Part shown: positions 53,601-64,000 of the stretch, one piece after another
Layout: the number at the start of each line of letters is the position of its first letter
Numbering within the stretch: the stretch's first letter is position 1
Assembly (NCBI RefSeq): GCF_902652985.1
Contig: NC_047021.1
Location: forward strand, 26,164,001 to 26,228,000
DNA from: Pecten maximus
Lineage: Eukaryota
Length of the DNA stretch: 64,000 nucleotides
Direction: 5' to 3'
Notes under the pieces: model-generated
The model's database searches: none
What the model was told of the DNA's origin: nothing
The model's input: the letters and a program-made list of their open reading frames with translations, nothing else
Position numbers and translations under genes: made by a program

Positions 53601-56600
53601 AGAAACTCAGTTAAATACTCAACACAGAAACGCAGTGAAATACTCAACATAGAAACTCAGTTAAATACTCAACACAGAAACTCAGTAAAATACTCAACAC
53701 AGAAACTCAGTAATATCCTCAACACAGAACTCAGTTAAATACTCAACATTGAAACTCAGTAATACACTCAACACAGAACTCAGTTAAATACTCAACACAG
53801 AACTCAGTTAAATACTCAACATAGAAACTCATTTAAATACTCAACACAGAAACTCAGTTAAATACTCAACACAGAACTCAGTTAAATATACTCAACATAG
53901 AAACTCAGTTAAATACTCAACACAGAACTAAGTTAAATACTCAACACAGAACTCAGTTAAATACTCAACATTGAAACTCAGTAATACACTCAACATAGAA
54001 CTCAGTTAAATACTCAACACAGAACTCAGTTAAATACTCAACATAGAAACTCATTTAAATACTCAACACAGAAACTCAGTTAAATACTCAACACAGAAAC
54101 GCAGTGAAATACTCAACATAGAAACTCAGTTAAATACTCAACACAGAAACTCAGTAAAATACTCAACACAGAAACTCAGTAATATCCTCAACACAGAACT
54201 CAGTTAAATACTCAATATTGAAACTCAGTAATACACTCAACACAGAACTCAGTTAAATACTCAACACAGAACTCAGTTAAATACTCAACATAGAACTCAG
54301 TTAGATACTCAACACAGAACTCAGTTAAATACTCAACATAGAAACTCAGTAATATCCTCAACACAGAACTCAGTTAAATACTCAACATTGAAACTCAGTA
54401 ATACACTCAACACAGAACTCAGTTAAATACTCAACACAGAACTCAGTTAAATACTCAACATAGAAACTCATTTAAATACTCAACACAGAAACTCAGTTAA
54501 ATACTCAACACAGAACTCAGTTAAATACTCAACATAGAAACTCAGTTAAATACTCAACACAGAACTAAGTTTAATACTCAACACAGAAACTCAGTTAAAT
54601 ACTCAACACAGAACTCAGTTAAATACTCAACATTGAAACTCAGTAATACACTCAACACAGAACTCATTTAAATACTCAACACAGAAACTCAGTTAAATAC
54701 TCAACACAGAACTCAGTTAAATCAACATAGAAACTCAGTTAAATACTCAACACAGAACTAAGTTAAATACTCAACACAGAAACTCAGTTAAATACTCAAC
54801 ACAGAACTCAGTTAAATACTCAACATTGAAACTCAGTAATACACTCAACATAGAACTCAGTTAAATACTCAACACAGAACTCAGTTAAATACTCAACATA
54901 GAAACTCATTTAAATACTCAACACAGAAACTCAGTTAAATACTCAACACAGAAACGCAGTGAAATACTCAACATAGAAACTCAGTTAAATACTCAACACA
55001 GAAACTCAGTAAAATACTCAACACAGAAACTCAGTAATATCCTCAACACAGAACTCAGTTAAATACTCAACATTGAAACTCAGTAATACACTCAACACAG
55101 AACTCAGTTAAATACTCAACACAGAACTCAGTTAAATACTCAACATAGAACTCAGTTAAATACTCAACACAGAACTCAGTTAAATACTCAACATAGAAAC
55201 TCAGTAATATCCTCAACACAGAACTCAGTTAAATACTCAACATTGAAACTCAGTAATACACTCAACACAGAACTCAGTTAAATACTCAACACAGAACTCA
55301 GTTAAATACTCAACATAGAAACTCATTTAAATACTCAACACAGAAACTCAGTTAAATACTCAACACAGAACTCAGTTAAATACTCAACATAGAAACTCAG
55401 TTAAATACTCAACACAGAACTAAGTTAAATACTCAACACAGAAACTCAGTTAAATACTCAACACAGAACTCAGTTAAATACTCAACATTGAAACTCAGTA
55501 ATACACTCAACATAGAACTCAGTTAAATACTCAACACAGAACTCAGTTAAATACTCAACATAGAAACTCATTTAAATACTCAACACAGAAACTCAGTTAA
55601 ATACTCAACACAGAAACGCAGTGAAATACTCAACATAGAAACTCAGTTAAATACTCAACACAGAAACTCAGTAAAATACTCAACACAGAAACTCAGTAAT
55701 ATCCTCAACACAGAACTAGGTTAAATACTCAACATTGAAACTCAGTAATACACTCAACACAGAACTCAGTTAAATACTCAACACAGAACTCAGTTAAATA
55801 CTCAACATAGAACTCAGTTAAATACTCAACACAGAACTCAGTTAAATACTCAACATAGAAACTCATTTAAATACTCAACACAGAAACTCAGTTAAATACT
55901 CAACACAGAACTCAGTTAAATACTCAACATAGAAACTCAGTTAAATACTCAACACAGAACTAAGTTAAATACTCAACACAGAAACTCAGTTAAATACTCA
56001 ACACAGAACTCAGTTAAATACTCAACACAGAAACTCAGTTAAATACTCAACACAGAAACTCAGTTAAATACTCCATACAGAAACTCAGTTAAATACTCAA
56101 CATAGAAACTCAGTTAAATACTCAACACAGAAACTCAATTAAATACTCAACACAGAAACTCAGTAATATCCTCAACACAGAAACTCAGTTAAATACTCAA
56201 CACAGAAACTCAGTTAAATACTCCATACAGAAACTCAGTTAAATACTCAACACAGAAACTCAGTTAAATACTCAGCACAGAAACTCAGTTAAATACTCAA
56301 CACAGAACTAAGTTAAATACTCAACATAGAAACTCAGTTAAATACTCAACACAGAAACTCAATTAAATACTCAACACAGAAACTCAGTGAAATAATCAAC
56401 ACAGAAACTCAGTGAAATAATCAACATAGAAACTCAGTTAAATACTCAACACAGAAACTCAGTTAAATACTCAACACAGAAACTCAGTTAAATACTCAAC
56501 ACAGAAACTCAGTAATATACTCAACACAGAAACTCAGTTAAATACTCAACACAGAAACTCAGTTAAATACTCAACACAGAAACTCAGTGAAATACTCAAC

Positions 56601-58277
56601 ACAGAAACTCAGTAAAATACTCGATACAGAAACTCAGTAAAATACTCAACATAGAAACTCAGTTAAATACTCAACACAAAAACTCAGTAAAATACTCGAT
56701 ACAGAAACTCAGTTAAATACTCAACAGAGAAACTCAGTTAAATACTCAACATAGAAACTCAGTTAAATACTCAACACAGAAACTCAGTAAAATACTCGAT
56801 ACAGAAACTCAGTTAAATACTCAACACAGAAACTCAGTTAAATACTCCATTCAGAAACTCAGTTAAATACTCAACACAGAAACTCAGTAAAATACTCAAC
56901 ACAGAAACTCAGTTAAATACTCAACACAGAAACTCAGTTAAATACTCAACACAGAAACTCAGTTAAATACTCAACACAGAAACTCAGTTAAATACTCAAC
57001 ATAGAAACTCAGTTAAATACTCAACACAGAACTCAGTTAAATACTCAACACAGAAACTCAGTTAAATACTCAACACAGAAACTCAGTTAAATACTCAACA
57101 CAGAAACTCAGTAAAATACTCAACACAGAAACTCAGTTAAATACTCCATACAGAAACTCAGTTAAATACTCAACACAGAAACTCAGTAATATCCTCAACA
57201 CAGAAACTCAGTTAAATACTCAACACAGAAACTCAGTTAAATACTCCATACAGAAACTCAGTTAAATACTCAACACAGAAACTCAGTTAAATACTCAACA
57301 CAGAAACTCAGTTAAATACTCAACACAGAACTAAGTTAAATACTCAACATAGAAACTAAGTTAAATACTCAACACAGAAACTCAGTAAAATACTCAACAC
57401 AGAAACTCAAATTAGGAACCCACTAATGACTTATGACCCAGGCTGGTAAAAGGACGTGTAACAAATCAAACCAAACCAAACCCACTAAAAACTAAACCCA
57501 ACAATTAAAACAACAAATCAAACCAACCCCACTAAAAACTAAACCCAACAATTAAAACAACAAACCAACACACGATCAAAGACACGTATAGATAGAAAAA
57601 GTCATCACGTTATGGAATACTTGTTGATACAATGTACAAATATTTAAAAAAGAAAGCTGGGCATGCTATGTAAATATACAGGATGCTAATTATATATTTA
57701 CTACGAATGATCATAAACTATTAGAAGTAATCTAATGTCGGGACGGTATAATATAATTTGACATACATTTTAATTAGTAAGGATTGCTTGTTAATCAATT
57801 TGATAATCTTGGAAGATACATGTAAGTGATAATGAGTCAAAGGCATAAAAAGTCTTAAATATCACCATGTGCGTGAAAGTACATTGAGTAACATCATTAA
57901 TATAATATAGGTATAGGACATTACAATCGTATTGAACTGTTTGAGTTCACCATTCTAAGAACAAATTAATGTGGAAGTACATTGGTATACTACGATACTA
58001 CTGAAAACGAGAGTTATAACAATATAAAATGTTCCACTAGAATGGTGTTTAAATGTTAGGATATATTAGAGAAAAAACGAATTTCTAAGTCCCTGGTAAT
58101 ATATCATTAAAGTGTAATACTTACCTCAAGCGTCAACTCCTTGGCTGGTCTGTCCAGGTCCTCGTAAGTCACCTGTCCAGAGTTTTGACCAACACCAGGT
58201 TGTCCAACATGATTTTGACTAGTATGTCCTAAGCATTGCTGACCCACGTGACCAAAGTTAGGTACCATCGGATCCAT
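41651..58277 (-). CDS. Putative signalling adaptor: death domain + RBD/ubiquitin-like domain + Pro-rich linker + atypical SH2; 7 exons: 58277-58125, 51577-51319, 50561-50368, 50226-49870, 48925-47786, 47627-47536, 41924-41651; ~822 aa
   Basis: All six introns GT-AG with matching phases (0,1,0,0,0,2); 2469 nt open; in-frame TAG upstream of ATG 58277. Death domain LSLKL..NWASLAEIMGY..LVLRDW..LLESLKQCGRLDCV; SH2-like DGHYLLW..LVLTVS..LIHYAI..GETFPDLHKLLYHY..LLHPV. Confidence 0.8.
42301..42927 (+). mobile_element. Interspersed non-autonomous element, copy 2 (complete long terminal palindrome; tRNA-like A/B-box cassette at ~42450-42537)
   Basis: Reverse-complement match to 21666-22207; palindrome ~42768-42905 centred on AGGCCTGCGGCCT; A box TAGCCGAGTGG, B box GTTCGAATCC, then T-runs. 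Confidence 0.8.
43383..45820. repeat. 17-bp satellite, ~140 copies, intron 6 of adaptor gene
   Basis: Unit ACTGTATCTAT(A/G)AT(TC/GT)T. Confidence 0.97.
46380..47375. repeat. 48/52-bp minisatellite, ~20 copies, intron 6 of adaptor gene
   Basis: Unit CTACCTGACAATGAGAGCTAGGGATACCTG(TCTG)TTAAACAGAATTATATGC. Confidence 0.95.
49007..49635. repeat. 22-bp minisatellite, ~28 copies, intron 4 of adaptor gene
   Basis: Unit GTCGTCACAGAGTCAAGACCA(A/C). Confidence 0.93.
53392..53495. repeat. 24-bp tandem repeat, ~4 copies
   Basis: AGACAACATCAGATACTGGTCAAC. Confidence 0.85.
53555..57410. repeat. 24/25-bp satellite, ~155 copies with higher-order structure, intron 1 of adaptor gene
   Basis: Unit AGAAACTCAGTTAAATACTCAACAC. 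Confidence 0.97.
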
Positions 58278-58488
58278 AACGGATGTGCTGTCATTCAATG
58301 ATGTACTGTTTGGCTATAGCCTGTATGTAAACATACGTTAATATGTATTCGCCTTTGTAATGAATTAGCTCAGTGTTATGCCTAGCTTTAGCCTGTCAGT
58401 TGGTACCAGGGGTCCTCATCTCTTTGCCACCAATTATGGTTTCGAGTCGATATCATAGTACATTTCATAGGGTAAAACAAATACTGAC

Positions 58489-58765
58489 TTCAGTCTCTAG
58501 AAGGCGTGGCGTTTATCTACCACAACAAGTCTTCGTCAGTAGAACAGATGCTGAAGTTTTCAGATTCACTATATTCCAATGTGAGGTCCATAGACGTGAA
58601 AAGCATGTCACACTTACAATACACACCGTGACAGTCGTAAACTCGTTCAGAAGACGGCGACCGAACGTGTACATGTAAACATATGTGTTGACGGAAGATT
58701 TCTACCAGATTATTGTTATTAGGGTCATCATTGACCTTGCCGGCGTATTCTTATTGGCTGTGCTG
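58489..58765 (-). promoter_or_regulatory. Candidate 5'-UTR exon and proximal promoter of the adaptor gene
   Basis: Acceptor TACAG| before 58320, candidate donor AA|GTCAGT at 58488, locally CpG-richer sequence, CAGCCAATAA (CCAAT box) on - strand near 58751-58760. Confidence 0.35.
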
Positions 58766-59464
58766 CTCATGACGCTGTGTTTTACCTGGTGTCGGTTTAC
58801 TAGGTAGTGTGTTCACTCGTGCAAATCTTCAGTAATAGACTGTATTGCTTTACTCTAGCTGTGTTTGAAATATGTAAAAACTTAATTACACAATCCATGT
58901 CATAAGGTCATTTATATCAGCACCAATGGCTACGTCATAGAGTCTGTGGTAATGATTATCTAATAAAACCTGTTGTAATAAGACAATACTCTACACAACT
59001 GTTAACATTTACCTGTACAACATGTACACTTATTCAAATCGAACGTGTTTAATTTTTAACCCGCTCTCCATTAGCATTCATGTGACATCACTGACCGGGG
59101 GGCCTTAGTACTACCGCTGTAGCAGTGTAGGAGCGGCTGTTTCATAAATGTACACTTACTGCTGTGTCACGGTCGTTCTTTCATTTACGGCTAAGTCATG
59201 TATATCGATGTACAAATGTATGCTAAGTTCCTCTTGTTGCTATATAACTACTTACAATGTACATTGCCAAAGCACATATAAATTTTCTCCAGCTCAATAT
59301 GAAAATACTTGGCCAATCCATGCCATTGATATACGGAGATGTGATGTACAGTAGGCAGTGGAGGACTAAAATACATAACCATATTTACCTCTTAAACTGT
59401 TGTAACAGTACGGAGAAAATAGAAATAAGGTTAAAATGATGCAGATTTATACTTATTGAATAGC

Positions 59465-60718
59465 ATATTCTGTATCTATTATTACAAAGTATATAATGTA
59501 TCTAGTATTAAACAGTATATTCTGTATCTAATATCAAACAGTATATTCTGTATCTAATATCAAACAGTATATTCTGTATCTAATATCAAACAGTATATTC
59601 TGTATCTAATATCAAACAGTATATTCTGTACCTACATGTAGTATTAAAAGGTATATATTGTATCTAGTATTAAACAGTATATTCTGTATCTAATATTAAA
59701 CAGTATATTCTGTATCTAGTATTACACAGTATATAATGTATCTAGTATTAAACAGTATATTCTGTATCTAATATCAAACAGTATATTCTGTATCTAATAT
59801 CAAACAGTATATTCTGTATCTAATATCAAACAGTATATTCTGTACCTACATGTAGTATGAAAAGGTATATATTGTATCTAGTATTAAACAGTATATTCTG
59901 TATCTAATATTAAACAGTATATTCTGTATCTAGTATTAAACAGTATTACTGTATCTAGTATTAAAAGGTATATATTGTATCTAGTATTAAACAGTATATT
60001 CTGTATCTAATATCAAACAGTATATTCTGTACCTACATGTAGTATGAAAAGGTATATATTGTATCTAGTATTAAACAGTATATTCTGTATCTAATATTAA
60101 AAAGTATATTCTGTATCTAGTATTAAACAGTATTACTGTATCTAGTATTAAAAGGTATATATTGTATCTAGTATTAAACAGTATATTCTGTATCTAATAT
60201 CAAACAGTATATTCTGTACCTACATGTAGTATTAAAAGGTATATATTGTATCTAGTATTAAACAGTATATTCTGTATCTAATATTAAACAGTATATTCTG
60301 TATCTAGTATTAAACAGTATTACTGTATCTAGTATAAAAGGTATATAGTGTATCTAGTATTAAACAGTATATACTGTATCTAGTATTAAACAGTATATTC
60401 TGTATCTAGTATTAAACAGTATGTACTGTATCTAGTATTACACAGTATATACTGTTTCTAGTATTAAACAGTATATACTGTATCAGGTATTAAACAGTAT
60501 ATACTGTATCTAGGATTAAACAGTATATAGTGTTTCTAGTATTAAACAGTATATACTGTATCTAGTATTACACAGTATATACTGTTTCTAGTATTAAACA
60601 GTATATGCATGTACTGTATCTAGGATTAAACAGTATATTCCGTTTCTAGTAATAAACAGTAATAACTGTTTCTAGTATTAAACAGTAAATACTGTGTCTA
60701 TGATTAAACAGTATATTC
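59465..60718. repeat. 26-bp satellite, left of LINE insertion
   Basis: Unit TGTATCTAGTATTAAACAGTATATTC. Confidence 0.95.
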
Positions 60719-60720
60719 AG

Positions 60721-62908
60721 ATTTTTTTTTTTTTCAGATTCATTTTATTCAGTATCAAAGGCCTCCAGCCCACAGTACATGTTATTACAAATTTAAGTGA
60801 TTGTTCCAAATGGAAAATAGCAATCATTGTTTAACAAATTATAATTTACAAATTCATAATATAAACATGAAAGAAAATAACATTATATAATAATGATACA
60901 TGTAAACACAAATCATTACTGAGATGTATTGATCTCTCTTAATATATTTCAGAGAATTAATTACATCCACACTACATACGTGTTAATCAATTCATACATT
61001 TTGGAGATATTCACCACGAGTTTTAAATGCTCGTTTCAAAAATGTACAAAAAGGTCTACAAGACCGTATATCACACATTAGAAAAGAGAACCTCTCCAAC
61101 ACATTTAAGTAATTCATATCTACAGGTAAATTCAGATACAACTCATTTCTGAGCTCATCATACAAAGAACAAAGACATACAAAATGTATTTCATCTTCAA
61201 GTACTGGTCTGTTACAAACATTTAGACAGTAAATACAAAGTCTGTCATTTCTAGTGGTACCACTCCATCTCCCTGTTTCAATAGCAAGATGATGGTTACC
61301 ACTTCTAAAACATGCAAGTACAGTACGCATATACCTACTCATATTTTGAGTAAGATAATCTTCTTGACAAAAGATAGTGTTTTAAACTGCCTATAAGTAC
61401 ATAACTTATCACTGTCATACAATGCGCCATACCATGATTGTAAAAAAGTATCTACCAATCTGGTTTTAACGTTTTGAAGAAATACAGAAATATCTCCAAA
61501 ACCCTGATTTAACCAAGCTTCATTGAAGCCAAGACTGCCCAGTATTTGTCTCACATGAGTGGCCCAAGTGATTCTACCTGCAAGGTCTAGACTGTACAAC
61601 ATTTCATAACAGGCTTTTGGATACCTTAAAGCTGGCATAGCCATTATTCTCAACCAGTATTTTAATAACTTTAATGTATATGTTTCATGCAGGGAATATC
61701 TCCCAAGTTCACCGTACACAACGTTTCTGCTGGTATTCGAGTTGACACCTAATACTCGTTTACAAAATTTCAAGTGTACAGATTCTATTGTATCACTCCG
61801 GGTAAAACCCCATTACTCCGCACAATAACAGAGTATTGGCGTTACCATATGGTCAAAAAGGTAAAATACTGTGTTTACATCAATGTTACTCTTATACATA
61901 AATTTCTGTATAACAAATGAAGCTTTCTCAGCTTGCTGTGCAAGAGTTTTACAGCAAAGGCCCCATGACATTTTTGGGGTAAAAATAGTACCTAAGTACT
62001 TGTAAAAAATAACAATCTCAATTTGCTCTCCTTTGTAAAACCATTTCTCATTACATTTGACAATTCCACCTCTTCTGAATACAACAATCTTGGTCTTATC
62101 CAGGTTTACTTTCATACCATACTTATCACAGAAAGAAGATACACAGTAAATTTGTTTTTGTAACCCAAGCACTGTATCTGCTAGGCTTGCAATTTCATCA
62201 GCATATAATAAAGACGTAATGTTGTGAACATTTTCATTAACAAAAACACCTCTACATCCATGATTGTCCATTGATTCAAGCAGTTCATTTAAGAACAACA
62301 CAAAAAGTAGCGGACTGATCATACAGCCTTGTCTTGTACCCACAGAGCAGTTGAAAAATTCAGATAACATGAGTTTGTCTACTTTCACACAGGATTTGAA
62401 CTGAGAGTACATAGATGATATAACAAGAAAAAATCTACCTTTGACATTATTTTTCAAAAGGATATATCTTAATAATGTATGCTGAATACTGTCAAAAGCT
62501 TTTGAAAAGTCAATAAAAATACAATATAATCTGCCTTTGCGCTTAGTGACGTACTTTTGTACCATAGCAAATAATGTAAAGATATTGTCAGTAGTACTAT
62601 AGCCAGTTCTACATCCAATCTGATTTTCATAAAGTTTGTCATAAACTTCACACCAAAATCTCAATCTGTTATTCAATATCTTAGTAAATATCTTTCCAAT
62701 TACTGAAGATAAAGAAATACCCCTATAATTATTTGGATTATGTGTGTCACCCTTCTTATGCAATGGAGTGATTACAGCTTCACACCAAGCTGCTGGAAAT
62801 AATCAAGATCCAAGTATAGCATTGAATAACACAGAGAGATATGGTTTCAGGAGTGAATATGCATATTTCGTATGCTCATTCATGATGCCATCAGGACCCG
62901 GAGCTTTT
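60721..62908 (-). mobile_element. 5'-truncated, disabled non-LTR retrotransposon (CR1/L2 group), RT plus C-terminal zinc-finger region
   Basis: KAPGPDGI at the 5' break; PLHKKGD..NYRGISL, FIDFSKAFDS, GTRQGCMISPLLF, YADE, YKYLG; C-terminal HHLAIETGRW..CIYC..EDEIHFVCLC. Stops at 62803-62805 and 61813-61815, frameshift near 61340-61380; AATAAA and A-tail at 60722-60750. Confidence 0.92.
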
Positions 62909-64000
62909 AAAACAGTATATTCTGTATCTAGTAATAAAGAGTATATACTGTTTCTAGTATTAAACAATATTTTCTGTATCTAGTATTAAACAGTATATTC
63001 TATATCTAGTAATAAACAGTATATACTGTTTCTAGTATTAAACATTATTTTCTGTATTTAGGATTAAACAGTATATTCTGTATCTAGTAATAAACAGTAT
63101 ATACTGTACCTAGTATTAAACAGTATTACTGTATCTAGTATAAACAGTATATACTGTTTCTAGTATTAAACTGTATATATTGTTTCTAGTATTAAACAGT
63201 ATATACATGTACTGTATCTAGGATTAAACAGTACATTCTGTATCTAGTATTAAACATTATATACTGCTTCTAGTATTAAACTGTATATACATACACTGTA
63301 TCTAGGATTAAACAGTATATTCCGTATCTAGTAATAAACAGTATATAATGTATCTAGTATTAAACAGTATATACTGTATCTAGTAATAAACAGTATATAC
63401 CGTATCTAGTATTAAACAGTATATACAGTATCTAGTATTAAACAGTATATAATGTTTCTAGTAATAAACAGTATATACTGTTTCTAGTATTAAACAGTAA
63501 ATACTGTGTCTATGATTAAACATTATATATTCTGTATCTAGTAATAAACAGTATATACTGTTTCTAGTATTAAACATTATTTTCTGTATCTAGTATTAAA
63601 CAGTATATTCTGTATCTAGTAATAAACAGTATATACTGTTTCCAGTATTAAACATTACTTTCTGTATCTAGGATTAAACAGTATATTCTGTATCTAGTAA
63701 TAAACAGTATATACTGTTTCTAGTATTAAACATTATTTACTTTATCTAGGATTAAACAGTATATTATGTATCTAGTATTAAACATTATATACTGTACCTA
63801 GTTTTAAACAGTATTACTGTATCTAGTATAAACAGTATATACTGTTTCTAGTATTAAACAGTATATACATGTACTGTATCTAGGATTAAACAGTATATTC
63901 CGTTTCTAGTAATAAACAGTATATACTGTTTCTAGTATTAAACATTATTTTCTGTATCTAGGATTAAACAGTACATTCTGTATCTAGTATTAAACAGTAT
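62909..64000. repeat. 26-bp satellite, right of LINE insertion (runs off window)
   Basis: Same unit as 59465-60718. Confidence 0.95.

Noticed and set aside
60992-62763. Active reverse transcriptase gene or prokaryotic RT system
   Set aside because: 5'-truncated LINE remnant with YADE, nonsense codons, a frameshift and an A-tail

Overview
AT-rich eukaryotic (invertebrate) genomic DNA, most likely a bivalve mollusc; this is inferred from spliced GT-AG genes, HINE/Helentron-like and CR1/L2-like repeats, frequent TACATGTA and dense intronic minisatellites. I assembled five multi-exon genes by hand with consistent reading-frame phases: a melatonin-receptor-like class A GPCR (+) with an intact tRNA-Ala(CGC) in its intron; two tandem secreted 2xFAS1 (fasciclin) paralogs (-) with identical 6-exon structure; a Golgi-type carbohydrate sulfotransferase (+) set head-to-head with the second FAS1 gene; and a 7-exon, ~822-aa gene (-). 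That last gene is the best novelty candidate. It combines a MyD88/IRAK-like death domain, a Raf-type Ras-binding-like domain, a long low-complexity linker with PxxPxR motifs, and a C-terminal SH2 domain whose phosphotyrosine-binding Arg is replaced by Trp. Roughly 18 kb of the window is tandem repeat. It also holds a dead 5'-truncated LINE inserted in a satellite, two foldback MITE-like palindromes, and two inverted copies of a palindrome-ended element carrying a tRNA-like Pol III cassette. All homology calls come from motif recognition by eye; no database searches were run.
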